From NCBI GenBank assembly GCA_965220315.1, contig CBDCPP010000001.1:59809-123808 (forward strand): a DNA stretch of 64,000 bases. The letters are read 5' to 3'. Made by a program: the position numbers and the translations under genes. The DNA is from Dehalococcoidia bacterium (GTDB lineage Bacteria; Chloroflexota; Dehalococcoidia; Bin125). The notes beneath the pieces are model-generated. The model was given only the letters and a program-made list of their open reading frames with translations. It was not told the origin of the DNA and ran no database searches. This document shows, piece by piece, positions 28,704 through 38,460 of the stretch (within the stretch, counting starts at the first letter, position 1; every line of letters starts with the position of its first letter).

Positions 28704-30549
28704 TCAGCTGAATGATGCCCTCGGCGATCTCGACCGCCGTGAACGGCTTGCCCGTCACTTTGTTGAGCCCTTGCGCGTCGATCAGGTACTTGGCGCGGAT
28801 CAGAAGAAGCAACTGACCACTGTTGGTCTCAGGGATCAGCACACGCTGGAAGCGGCGCAGTACGGCGCCGAGGTTGCGGGGGAACGGATTGAGGTAGCGC
28901 AAGTGCGCTGTAGACACCGGTGCGCCTTCGGCGCGCGCTTGGTCAGCTGCGGAGAGGACCGCGCCGCGGGTACTGCCCCAGCTCAGCACAAGCAAGTTGC
29001 CTTCCTGTGGCCCCTCTACCTCTAGCATGGGAATGTCCTGCGCGATCCGCTCGATCTTCTCCGCTCGCAGATCCACCATTCGCTGGTGGTTCAGTGGGTC
29101 GTAGGAGACATCACCGCTACCGTCCGCTTTCTCCAGCCCGCCCACCCGATGCTCTAGGCCGGGAGTGCCGGGCAGCGCATACGGCCGCGCGAGCGTCTCA
29201 GGATCGCGGGTGAATGGAGCGAAGCCCTCAGGGTCAGTGCGATGACGGATCACGATCGGGGGGATCTCGTCGATCGTGGGCACGATCCACGGCTCCGACG
29301 TGTTCCCCAGGTATGTATCGGAAAGGAAGATGACCGGAGTCATGTACTTCTGCGCGAGGCGGATCGCCTCGATTGCTAGGTAGAAGCAATCTCCTGGCGA
29401 AGACGGCGCCACAATGCACACTGGACTCTCACTGTTGCGGCCAAAGCTGGCCTGCAGTAAATCGCCCTGCTCCGTCTTGGTTGGCATACCAGTGCTGGGA
29501 CCTGCCCGTTGAATGTCCAAAACGACCAGTGGCAGTTCGGTCGAGACGGCCAAGCCGATCGTCTCTGCCTTGAGCGCTAATCCTGGCCCGCTCGTGCCGG
29601 TTACGCCCAGCGCCCCGCCGAACGCAGCGCCCAGCGCCATGCCCGCTGCGGCGATCTCGTCCTCCGCCTGTACCGTCTTCACGCCGAAGTTACGGTAGCC
29701 CGCGAGTAGCTCCAGCACATCGCTGGCCGGCGTGATCGGATAGCTGGCGTAGACCACCGGCTGCCCGGACAAGTGCCCTGCCGCCACGATACCCAAGCTT
29801 GTGGCCTGGTTGCCGGTGATGTTGCGGTATTCACCCGGCGGCAGTTTGGCTGGCCCCACTCGGATGCTGGCCTCCGCCAGCTCCGCCGTCTCACCGTAGT
29901 TGTAGCCCGCGCGCAGTGCGCTCTGGTTTGCTTGGACAATCGCCGGGTTCTTCTCGAATTTAACGGAGACCCACCGCAGGGTCGGCTCTAGATCACGACC
30001 GTAGAGCCAGCACACCAAGCCCAGCGCCGCTAAGTTCCGCGTGCGCTCCGCTTGCTGCACGCTCACTGGAAACTCGCGCGCTGCCTCCACTGCCAGCTTC
30101 GTGAGCGGCACCGAGATTATCCGGTGGTCGTTCAAGCTGCCATCGGTTAGGGGATTAGCGGCGTAGCCGGCTTTCTTGAGGTTGGTCGTTGTGAAAGCTT
30201 CCTCGTTGACGATAAGCAACCCGCCGCGCGGCAGGTCGCCCAGATTCATCTTGAGCGCGGCCGGATTCATCGCGACCAGCGTATCTGGCGCGTCGCCCGG
30301 GGTATGAATCAGTTGGTTAGCAAAACTGATCTGGAAAGCACTGACTCCTGCCAGCGACCCGGCAGGCGCGCGGATCTCGGCGGGAAAGTCTGGCAGCGTG
30401 CTGAAATCGTTGCCGTATAGCGCTGTCGAGTCTGTGAAGCGATTACCGGCAAGCTGCATGCCGTCGCCGGAGTCGCCGGCGAAGCGGATCGTGACACGGT
30501 CACGCTCCTGGCCAGCGCGGTCGATATCGACCGTTGACTTCACCATCAC
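28681..30549 (-). CDS. korA: 2-oxoacid:ferredoxin oxidoreductase alpha subunit (gamma-alpha fused type)
   Basis: The N-terminal gamma-like domain (TIRFAGDSGDGMQLAGNRFTDSTALYG) is followed by the alpha pyrimidine-binding domain. An AAGGAAG RBS is present. The start is the GTG at 30549 or the ATG at 30546. Confidence 0.85.
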   Translation of the reverse strand: MMVKSTVDIDRAGQERDRVTIRFAGDSGDGMQLAGNRFTDSTALYGNDFSTLPDFPAEIRAPAGSLAGVSAFQISFANQLIHTPGDAPDTLVAMNPAALKMNLGDLPRGGLLIVNEEAFTTTNLKKAGYAANPLTDGSLNDHRIISVPLTKLAVEAAREFPVSVQQAERTRNLAALGLVCWLYGRDLEPTLRWVSVKFEKNPAIVQANQSALRAGYNYGETAELAEASIRVGPAKLPPGEYRNITGNQATSLGIVAAGHLSGQPVVYASYPITPASDVLELLAGYRNFGVKTVQAEDEIAAAGMALGAAFGGALGVTGTSGPGLALKAETIGLAVSTELPLVVLDIQRAGPSTGMPTKTEQGDLLQASFGRNSESPVCIVAPSSPGDCFYLAIEAIRLAQKYMTPVIFLSDTYLGNTSEPWIVPTIDEIPPIVIRHRTDPEGFAPFTRDPETLARPYALPGTPGLEHRVGGLEKADGSGDVSYDPLNHQRMVDLRAEKIERIAQDIPMLEVEGPQEGNLLVLSWGSTRGAVLSAADQARAEGAPVSTAHLRYLNPFPRNLGAVLRRFQRVLIPETNSGQLLLLIRAKYLIDAQGLNKVTGKPFTAVEIAEGIIQLSEGSRDR

Positions 30550-30809
30550 CCGAAGCTTCCTTGGCGATCACTGCCAGAGTGGCAGACCGCCACGAAGTTT
30601 ATCATTGGCGCTGCCGTCGCTCCTAAGCCTCGGCCGCATCGTAGCAGCGCCTCTTGGATGAAACCTCCGCAAGTTACGCTCCGTTAACTCTGGTTCCTCC
30701 GCCTCTCCGGATTGAACTCTGTCCTGCCCACCGGGCGGTAGAATTCTCCCGGCGGGCAAAATGCAGAGCCAGGCCGAGGATCGGCTGAGTTGCAAAAGAG
30801 AGTTTCTCA

Positions 30810-31682
30810 ATGACGAAGTCGAGCGCGCAGCAGAGGGGCGGGCCGGACGAGAGTGCAGGGGCGGCTATGGGTGGGCGATTGGCGGGCAAAGTAGCCGTGG
30901 TAACCGGAGGCGCAAGCGGGATCGGCCGTGCCTGTGCCCTTCGCTTCGCCGCCGAGGGCGCTGCTATCCTCGTGGCCGACCTCGACGCGGCGCGCGGGGC
31001 CGCCGTCGTTGCGGAAATGGAGACTCTTGGTAGTTCCGCTTCCTTCATCGAGACCGATACAGCGTCCGAGCAGGCCTGCGAGGCGATGGCCGACGCCGTG
31101 GTTGAGCGCTTTGGCCGGATCGACGTGCTCGTCGCCGCTGCTGGCATCGCCCATGGCGCTACTCGCCGTGGCGCCCGCGCCAAACGGATCCGCGCCGCCA
31201 CCGACTGGGGAGCGGGCGCCCTGCTCACCAAGTCCCTGCGCTCCTGGGAGCGGGTATTGGCCGTCAACCTCACTGGTGTGATGCTGAGCAACCGGGCGGT
31301 AGCACGTCGCATGATCGAAGGCGGCGCCCACGGGTCGATCGTTAACCTGGGATCGGCCGCCGGCGTCTTCCCCTTCCGTGGGATCGGCGACTATTGCGTC
31401 TCGAAAGCGGGGGTTTGGATGCTCACCAAGGTCCTTGCCAATGAACTGGCAGCCCACCACATCCGCGTCAACGCGCTGGCGCCTGGCTTGGTCGAGACGC
31501 CGATGGCGGCGACCATTCTTACGGATGAAGTTGCCAGTGCGCAGATCCGTGACATCACGCCCATGAACCGTTTTGCTCAACCAGAAGAGATCGCCAGCGC
31601 GGCTCTCTTCTTGGCGTCCGACGAGTCCAGCTATATCACGGGTGAAATACTCTCCATCGACGGAGGGATGTTTACCGGCTAG
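30810..31682 (+). CDS. SDR-family short-chain dehydrogenase/reductase
   Basis: The TGGASGIG NAD(P)-binding motif (KVAVVTGGASGIGRACA) and the catalytic YxxxK region (YCVSKAGVWMLTK) are present. An alternative start is at the internal MGGRL. Confidence 0.8.
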   Translation: MTKSSAQQRGGPDESAGAAMGGRLAGKVAVVTGGASGIGRACALRFAAEGAAILVADLDAARGAAVVAEMETLGSSASFIETDTASEQACEAMADAVVERFGRIDVLVAAAGIAHGATRRGARAKRIRAATDWGAGALLTKSLRSWERVLAVNLTGVMLSNRAVARRMIEGGAHGSIVNLGSAAGVFPFRGIGDYCVSKAGVWMLTKVLANELAAHHIRVNALAPGLVETPMAATILTDEVASAQIRDITPMNRFAQPEEIASAALFLASDESSYITGEILSIDGGMFTG

Positions 31683-31697
31683 CGATCGAGGGAGATC

Positions 31698-32870
31698 ATG
31701 AGCACCGCGAGCAAAGACACGATCCAGCACACCATCCGTGCCCTTTCCGACGATCTGCGGGTGCTGAGTCTCGATATCCATGCGCACCCCGAGCTCAACT
31801 TCAAGGAGCACCACGCCCACGCCGCACTGACTGCTTTCCTTGAGACGCGTGGCTTCATCGTGGAGCGGGGTGCCTACGGCATCGAGACGGCGTTTGTCGC
31901 GCGTTTCGGCAGCGGCAGTCCCACCATCGCTCTGCTCTGCGAATACGACGCCCTTCCGGAGATCGGCCATGCTTGCGGCCATAACCTCATCGCCGCTTCT
32001 GGTGCGGCCGCCGGAATTGGGGTGAAGGAGGCTCTAGCTGGTGGCGCGGGTACGCTGCTGGTTTTGGGAACGCCTGCGGAGGAAGGCGGCGGGGGCAAGA
32101 TCATTCTGATCGACCGTGGGGCGTTCACGCAGGTCGATGTCGCGATGATGCTGCATCCTTCCCCGGGGCATAACGCTTGGCCGGCCATCATGGCCCTGCA
32201 CGAGCTGGAGGTGGAATTCCACGGCAAGAATGCGCACGCGGCGGCTTACCCCTGGGAGGGGATCAATGCCCTCGACGCTTTCGTGCTCGCATACAACGGT
32301 ATCGCTGCATTGCGGCAGCAGCTTGAGCCCGATACGCGCGTGCATGGCATCGTGACCGACGGTGGCGCCAAACCCAACATCATCCCCGATCACACCGCTG
32401 CCGACTTCTACCTCCGCGCGCGTGACAATACCAAGCTGGCTACGCTCAAGGAGCGTATCTTCGCCTGCTTCACAGGCGCTGCCCAGTCGACCGGCTGCCG
32501 CTTAGAGCATCGCTGGGTCGGCCATCCCTACTACAACATGGCCACCAACGATCCCCTTGCGGAGGCTTACGTCGATAGTATGCGCGCCCTCGGCACCACC
32601 CTGCCTCCCAAGGGGATCGGGCCGACGGCCGGCAGCACGGACATGGGTAACGTCAGCCACGTGGTGCCTTCGGTCCACCCAATGTTCGCGATCGAGACCG
32701 CCGGCGGAAACCATACGCTCGAATTCACGGCGGCCGCCGCCACCCCGGTGGCGCATGAGGCGATGCTCACGGCCGCGACTGCTATGGCCATGACCGCCCA
32801 CGACCTCTTCACTGACCACGCGCGCCTCCAACAGGCGCGCGCCGCGTTTGAAGCACAGGCAGGCGCATAG
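31698..32870 (+). CDS. M20-family amidohydrolase/metallopeptidase (M20D, aminoacylase/hippurate hydrolase-like)
   Basis: LCEYDALPEIGHACGHNLIAASG and GTPAEEGGGGK are present, with the typical roughly 390 aa length. A GAGGGAG RBS is present. Confidence 0.8.
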   Translation: MSTASKDTIQHTIRALSDDLRVLSLDIHAHPELNFKEHHAHAALTAFLETRGFIVERGAYGIETAFVARFGSGSPTIALLCEYDALPEIGHACGHNLIAASGAAAGIGVKEALAGGAGTLLVLGTPAEEGGGGKIILIDRGAFTQVDVAMMLHPSPGHNAWPAIMALHELEVEFHGKNAHAAAYPWEGINALDAFVLAYNGIAALRQQLEPDTRVHGIVTDGGAKPNIIPDHTAADFYLRARDNTKLATLKERIFACFTGAAQSTGCRLEHRWVGHPYYNMATNDPLAEAYVDSMRALGTTLPPKGIGPTAGSTDMGNVSHVVPSVHPMFAIETAGGNHTLEFTAAAATPVAHEAMLTAATAMAMTAHDLFTDHARLQQARAAFEAQAGA

Positions 32871-32919
32871 GTTTTGAAGGCATGGTCGGGGGACGCATAA
32901 GCAAGCGAGCGGGAGCGGC

Positions 32920-33555
32920 GTGATGACTTTCACCATCCCCGATCACATCGTCTATGCCGTCCATGACTTGGACGTGGCAATTGCTTGGTTCGGCGAGTGC
33001 ACCGGTGTCACCCCTGTCCCAGGTGGGCCACATCCTGGCCGCGGGACACGGATGGCTCTGGTGGCGCTAGGGGAGCGAATGTACCTGGAGCTGATCGGAC
33101 CGGATCCCAAACAACCAGCGCCGCTGCGACCCCGCTCGTTTGGAATCGATGGCTTGCGCGATCCCAAACTCGCAACTTGGGCCGTTGGCTCAGGCGACCT
33201 TGAAGGACGCGCCGCCGCGGCGCGCACCGCCGGCTACGACCCCGGTGACATCGGGTCCTGGCGCCGCGACCGGCCGGACGGCGTCCATCTCGAATGGCGT
33301 ATGACTGTGCTCCGCGATCCCCTCCCTGCCGCCGGCCTCGTTCCTTTCCTGATCGATTGGGGCAAGACGTCCCACCCAGCCGCGATCGCGCCAAAGGGAT
33401 GCCGTCTCGTCGATTTTCGGGGCGAACACCCGCAACCTGGTCCGGTACAGGAAACTTTGCGCGCGATAGGTGTCGAACTGCCGGTCATTGTTGGTCCAGC
33501 GCCGGCCCTGATCGCGCAACTCCACACACCAAACGGGCGCCTGGAGCTGCGTTAG
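32920..33555 (+). CDS. VOC/glyoxalase-like domain protein
   Basis: The beta-alpha-beta-beta-beta module pattern is present (HIVYAVHDLDVAIAWFGECTGVTP, MYLELIG). Confidence 0.6.
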   Translation: MMTFTIPDHIVYAVHDLDVAIAWFGECTGVTPVPGGPHPGRGTRMALVALGERMYLELIGPDPKQPAPLRPRSFGIDGLRDPKLATWAVGSGDLEGRAAAARTAGYDPGDIGSWRRDRPDGVHLEWRMTVLRDPLPAAGLVPFLIDWGKTSHPAAIAPKGCRLVDFRGEHPQPGPVQETLRAIGVELPVIVGPAPALIAQLHTPNGRLELR

Positions 33556-33578
33556 CCGAGCGAACCTGGCAAACGTCT

Positions 33579-34514
33579 TTAAGAAAGGGCCCTTTTCACT
33601 GCCGCGCCGATCTCTGCTAGGCCATCCTGTGCGAAGGGCAGCCGTCCCTCAAGCGGATGCATGAAGCCGTGGATCGTCCCCTCATAGCGGCTCAGGATCA
33701 CGGGCACGCCATCTTCCCGTAGTTTCGCGGCGTAAGCCTCACCTTCGTCGCGGAGCACGTCACACTCAGCCGTCATCACCAGCGCTGGGGGCAAACTGCG
33801 CAGATGATCGGCCCGCAGAGGCGAGGCATACGGCTCCTCGCCGGCCTGCGCGTTCGGCAGATATTGGTCCCAGAACCAGCGCATATCCGCGGCTTCCAGC
33901 AGGTAGCCGCGGGCGAACTCTTGGTAGGAACCCGTGTCGAAGCGATGGTCCGTGACGGGGTAGATGAGGATCTGGAAGGCGAGTGTCGGACCACCTCGGT
34001 CCCGCGCCATCAATGCCACAGCGGCGGTGAGATTGCCCCCGGCGCTGTCCCCGCCCACCGCGATTCTGGTGGAATCGATCCCGAGCATGGCCGCGTTCTC
34101 GGCTATCCATCGCACGGTCGCGTAACAATCCTCTGCAGCAGCCGGATACTTGTACTCGGGTGCTAGCCGGTAGCTCGGGAAGAAGACCTTGGCTCCCGTC
34201 GCGTTCGCCAGCGCCCGGCTTGCGGCTTGATAGGTGTCCGCTGTTCCTACCACCCAGCCGCCGCCGTGCAGATACACCACTGCGGGGAGGGGCCCCGTTC
34301 CCTTTGGCGTGTAGCTGCGCACTTCGATCGGGCCAAGGGGGCCGGGGATCACTCGATCTTCCGTGGCGGCTACTGGTTCAGGGCCGCCGGAGAACAGAGT
34401 ACAGATCGTGTACCAAGTTTCCCGTGCTTCAGCGGGGGTCATTTGGTTCCAGGACTTCCCACCTGCGGCCGCGATCTCGTCGAGGAACGCTTGGGTTTCG
34501 TGGTGGATGGCCAT
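33579..34514 (-). CDS. Alpha/beta hydrolase, HSL-family esterase/lipase
   Basis: The HGGG oxyanion motif (VVYLHGGGWVVG) and the GDSAGG nucleophile elbow are present. A GGAAGGAG RBS is present. Confidence 0.8.
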   Translation of the reverse strand: MAIHHETQAFLDEIAAAGGKSWNQMTPAEARETWYTICTLFSGGPEPVAATEDRVIPGPLGPIEVRSYTPKGTGPLPAVVYLHGGGWVVGTADTYQAASRALANATGAKVFFPSYRLAPEYKYPAAAEDCYATVRWIAENAAMLGIDSTRIAVGGDSAGGNLTAAVALMARDRGGPTLAFQILIYPVTDHRFDTGSYQEFARGYLLEAADMRWFWDQYLPNAQAGEEPYASPLRADHLRSLPPALVMTAECDVLRDEGEAYAAKLREDGVPVILSRYEGTIHGFMHPLEGRLPFAQDGLAEIGAAVKRALS

Positions 34515-34595
34515 AATTTGCTCCTTCCACGCGCGGGTGGCTGATGCTCAATCCTCTAGCTGGGCGCTGCAGCGCGCTTGCGAAGCGACTGCGCG

Positions 34596-35060
34596 CTACG
34601 AACGCTGAGCCAAGATCAGGGCGCGCGTGAGACTAATGTGCCCCAGGTGCTCGGCGGCGTGGCGGATGCCAACGGCCAGGATCGTGTGCCCGGTCATGGG
34701 GCCGAGGATCGGGTGCTCGTGAGTGGCGTCGAGTCGGGCGCCGTCAACGCTATCGAGCGCCTCACTCAGCCGGGCGCCGACCATCTCCCAGGCCGCGCGC
34801 AGCGGGGCCGCCGAGTCGCCGCTGGCACGGAACTCCTCTTCGCGGTCGCGGTCGATGGACTGCCCGCAGAGAGTTTGAAGGATGTGGCCTTGCGAGGCGC
34901 CGACCACGTGTGTGGCGATCACCAGAGCGCTGTTGCCGTCGGCTACGGGCGGTTTCCAGTTGAGTTCCTCGGCGCTGAGACCGTCCAGTGCGTCCAGCAC
35001 ACTGTTGATGATGGTGTCGAGCATCGCGAAAGCCGCCTCGATCTCGGACAGCTTGGCCAT
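34596..35060 (-). CDS. DinB/YfiT-like (mycothiol maleylpyruvate isomerase N-terminal domain-like) protein
   Basis: A four-helix metal-binding pattern with conserved His residues (ATHVVGASQGH...AAEHLGH) is present. An AAGGAG RBS is present. Confidence 0.65.
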   Translation of the reverse strand: MAKLSEIEAAFAMLDTIINSVLDALDGLSAEELNWKPPVADGNSALVIATHVVGASQGHILQTLCGQSIDRDREEEFRASGDSAAPLRAAWEMVGARLSEALDSVDGARLDATHEHPILGPMTGHTILAVGIRHAAEHLGHISLTRALILAQRS

Positions 35061-35224
35061 GGACCGAACTCCTTCTTTAGTGACTTTGGTGAGCGCTGCA
35101 GTGAGCGACGATGGGAATCGAGTGCAAGCTAGGCGCTCCGGCTGCGCCTAGGCAAGCGCCGAACGAGAGGACGGGGACCGAACGGCCCCCGTCCTCTCCC
35201 CCGAGCAGGAGTAAGTCGCTCCCG

Positions 35225-35968
35225 CTAGCTGTCTTCTGGCGTGTCACCGACCGGCTGAAGGAAGACGAACTGGTAAAGCAATCCGCCCAGAGCCGCACCG
35301 ATGGCCGGGCCAATGATGTAGATCCAGAACGAGTCGAAGGCGTTGGAAATCAGCGCCGGGCCGAAGGTCCGTGCCGGGTTCGCCGAAGCCCCGGTCAATG
35401 GTATTGCCGCTAGGTGGATGGCCATGACCGTCAATCCGATGACCAGCGGTGCCATGATGCCATAGTTATCTCGAGCGACTGCCACCGCCAAAATCACCAT
35501 GACCAACACGGCGGTGATGACCAGTTCAACTAGCAGGGCCCCTCCCTCTCCGGCTACACCCTCGCTGATGCTGTGTGCACCGAAGTTGGTGAGGTTACCG
35601 AAGTCGTTTTCCAGAGCGAGGTAGAGCAGTCCGGTTGCCGCGATCCCGCCTACTACCTGCGCCACGATGTAGATGAAGCCCTTTGCCGGCTTCATCCGCT
35701 GCGTCACGATCATCGCGAAAGTCACCGCCGGATTGATGTGGCCGCCGGAGATCTTGGCCGTCATGTAAACCATGATGGCGATGCCCAAACCGTGCGCGAG
35801 CGCGACGATCGGTACCCTCGCCGCCACTGGGAACTCAGCGGTTCCAGTGACGATCACCGCGCTCGTTCCGATCAGGACGAAGATCATCGTCCCCAGGAAT
35901 TCGGCGATATAGGCTCGTATGGAAGAGGGTGATCGCAGCTCCTCAAGGCCTAGTTGATCGGCAGCCAT
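35225..35968 (-). CDS. MIP-family channel (aquaporin/glycerol facilitator)
   Basis: Two NPA boxes (GGHINPAVTFAM and GASANPARTFGP) and six hydrophobic segments are present. The ATG at 35968 has an AAGGGGA RBS; the track ORF begins 6 codons earlier. Confidence 0.85.
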   Translation of the reverse strand: MAADQLGLEELRSPSSIRAYIAEFLGTMIFVLIGTSAVIVTGTAEFPVAARVPIVALAHGLGIAIMVYMTAKISGGHINPAVTFAMIVTQRMKPAKGFIYIVAQVVGGIAATGLLYLALENDFGNLTNFGAHSISEGVAGEGGALLVELVITAVLVMVILAVAVARDNYGIMAPLVIGLTVMAIHLAAIPLTGASANPARTFGPALISNAFDSFWIYIIGPAIGAALGGLLYQFVFLQPVGDTPEDS

Positions 35969-36144
35969 AAGCAGTTCCCCTTGCATCCCACTACGCGCGT
36001 GTATTTGGGGCGACTATCATTCTTCGTGATTCCGACGTCAACCCGCTTCTATCGATTAGCGCTTACGTCGAGTTCTGCTAGGCAACGCGGCCGACGGCAT
36101 CGTTGATAGCTAGCTATCTTGTGCGAGTTCCCCAGGAGAGCGGC

Positions 36145-37098
36145 ATGCATCTTAACGAATTCGCGAGCGACCTCACCTCCCTCGACATGACCCAATTCGA
36201 CGAATTTCAGAGCTTGCTCAGGAGCGCTGATGATCTCGGAATCTCGCATGATCCCACCGTGTCCTATTTCTCGCGGAACACGGTGGTCCGGCATCTGCGG
36301 CTCCACTTCTTGGAATGGGGTGATCCAGATGCCCCCCCGCTTCTCCTGATCCACGGCGGCAATCAATCGGCGCATTCGTGGGACCTGGTCAGCCTCCACT
36401 TGGCCGCTCGCTTCCACATCTACGCCCTGGACCAGCGAGGCCATGGTGACAGCGAATGGTCGCGCGATGCGGACTATTCCGTACCCGCGCTCGCGTCGGA
36501 CGCGCGTGGGTTTATTGCCCAGCTCGGCTTGATGGATCCGATCATCGTGGGACACTCACTTGGAGGGCTTGTGACGATGACCTTGGCGGCGGAGTCGCCC
36601 GCATTACCGCGGGCACTGGTGATCGTCGATACGGCGCCGGAGATCTCGCAGCAAGGATCGCAAGTGGTCCGTAACTTCATCTTGGCGAACGCCGAGTTCG
36701 ACAGCATCGATCAGTTCGTCGATCGCGTCGGTAAGTACGATCCGTACCGCTCGCCCGAGCATATTCAGCGGACCGTGCGCTACAACCTGTTGGAACGAGT
36801 GGACGGGCGCTTCATCGCCAAGTCCGATCGCATGCTGCACGACGCCGAATTCGCCAAGCGGCGTCCTATGGGCGAAGGTCGGCCCGTCGACCTGGAAAGC
36901 GTGCGCGCGATCGACTGCCCAACCCTCGTCATTCGCGGCGGGGACTCCGAGGTACTGGAGCCCGACGCTGCTGAGCGCTTCGCTGCGGCGCTACCGCGCG
37001 GACAGCTCGCGACCGTGCCCAAGGCAGGACATAACGTGCATGGACAGAACACCACAGGCTTCCTGGAGTCGCTGTGTCCCTTCATTGAGGGTCTCTAG
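36145..37098 (+). CDS. Alpha/beta-fold hydrolase
   Basis: LLLIHGGNQSAHSW...GHSLGG (nucleophile elbow)...GGDSEV...GHNVHGQN are present. The ATG at 36145 follows an AGGAGA RBS; the track ORF begins earlier at 36103. Confidence 0.75.
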   Translation: MHLNEFASDLTSLDMTQFDEFQSLLRSADDLGISHDPTVSYFSRNTVVRHLRLHFLEWGDPDAPPLLLIHGGNQSAHSWDLVSLHLAARFHIYALDQRGHGDSEWSRDADYSVPALASDARGFIAQLGLMDPIIVGHSLGGLVTMTLAAESPALPRALVIVDTAPEISQQGSQVVRNFILANAEFDSIDQFVDRVGKYDPYRSPEHIQRTVRYNLLERVDGRFIAKSDRMLHDAEFAKRRPMGEGRPVDLESVRAIDCPTLVIRGGDSEVLEPDAAERFAAALPRGQLATVPKAGHNVHGQNTTGFLESLCPFIEGL

Positions 37099-37411
37099 CG
37101 GTCGTCTACCGCATCAGGGGTCGTCCTCCACGCCAGACTGGACGCTGTAATTGCCACGCCTGGAGAACTTGCGGATGCGGGCGAAAGCCTCATCGCCGTT
37201 GTTGGCGGTGAGGCGAGGTCTCTAATCGCCAGGCGGATCCGCCGTGGCCTATGGGACCTCGAATTCGGACATTCGAGGGACTCGTTCACGGCAGGCTTCC
37301 CGTACTAGGCTCGCATAGGGACAGAGCTGCTTTGTTCGCAGCGCAGCGACGCATTGGTGGCCGGCGCTACTATGTCGGCTGGAACGTGTGCTATCGGATC
37401 TGAAGGGCGTA

Positions 37412-37903
37412 ATGCCGGAGCAATACGTCGCCACGGACAAGCGCTCGGGGCTCGAAGTCACCGTGACCGGCGATTTCCCCGCGCACCCCGATGATCGCGT
37501 TCGCATCGCTCGCACTTGCACGCTGTTCACCCGCTTGGTAGCGACCATCCTGGGCAACAGCGAAGCGGAACGCCGCCATGGCTTCCGTGCCGTGGAAATT
37601 CAGCTGGAGCTCGCGGACGCGCTCATTCAGCAGAACATGGACGAAGTGCGACGCCTGGTGCGCGAAACGATGCAGACGATGGGTATTACCAACACGCAGT
37701 TGGATGATCTGGCTCGCCAGCTGCACGGGCTCGGCTTCGATTCAGGACTGCGGGACTCTGGCGCCGCTGATGACCTTCCGGTTTCTGAAACCGGGCCGAC
37801 GATCGATTTACCCGCCGACCTCCCTTCGGATCACGAGTCGCCTGGCGACGGCAAGGGCGATAAGCGGGACTCTGATCAAGAGCCACCCATCGTGAGTGGT
37901 TGA
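37412..37903 (+). CDS. Hypothetical protein (acidic C-terminal tail)
   Basis: The ORF has a GAAGGG RBS before the ATG at 37412; the track ORF starts at the GTG at 37388. No family was recognised. Confidence 0.35.
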   Translation: MPEQYVATDKRSGLEVTVTGDFPAHPDDRVRIARTCTLFTRLVATILGNSEAERRHGFRAVEIQLELADALIQQNMDEVRRLVRETMQTMGITNTQLDDLARQLHGLGFDSGLRDSGAADDLPVSETGPTIDLPADLPSDHESPGDGKGDKRDSDQEPPIVSG

Positions 37904-37930
37904 GCGGTCGTTTCGGAGAAGAGGAATACG

Positions 37931-38458
37931 GTGACGCAAGCGGAGTATCTGTACCAAGGGATGAAGTATCTTCACGCCTCGCTGCGTGACGCACGTAACG
38001 CCAGCGAAGAGCAGTTGCACTTCACGCCGGATCATCAAACCCATTCCGTCGCATGGGTGCTGTGGCATTCGGCCCGGATCGAAGACTCCATCATCCAGCG
38101 GGTCGCGCAGGAAGAGGACCTTATCTGGAGACAGAGCGACTGGGCGGCGCGGAGCGGCTTGCCGGCCAAGGGCATTGGGACCGGGCAGTCGCCGGAGGAG
38201 GCGCAGCAGCTTCGCATCACAGGCCTAAAGGTGTTCGGCGAATATGCGGAAGCGGTTGCGGATGCTACGGAGGCGTACCTGCGCGGCACAACAGCCGCCG
38301 AACTTGAGCGTGAGGTTCAGGTGGGTGAGCGTACCGAAACTGTGGGCGGCGCCATCCTGCTGCACCTGATCACGCATCTCAATGGCCATCGGGGAGAGAT
38401 CAATGCGCTTCGGGGGATGCAGGGGCTCCCGCCGGTCGTCCCGAACCTAGGGGGGTAG
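37931..38458 (+). CDS. DinB-family (DinB_2) protein
   Basis: VAWVLWHSARIED...LITHLNGHRGEI is the conserved His-triad pattern of DinB/YfiT-like proteins. A GAGGAA RBS is present. Confidence 0.65.
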   Translation: MTQAEYLYQGMKYLHASLRDARNASEEQLHFTPDHQTHSVAWVLWHSARIEDSIIQRVAQEEDLIWRQSDWAARSGLPAKGIGTGQSPEEAQQLRITGLKVFGEYAEAVADATEAYLRGTTAAELEREVQVGERTETVGGAILLHLITHLNGHRGEINALRGMQGLPPVVPNLGG

Positions 38459-38460
38459 CG

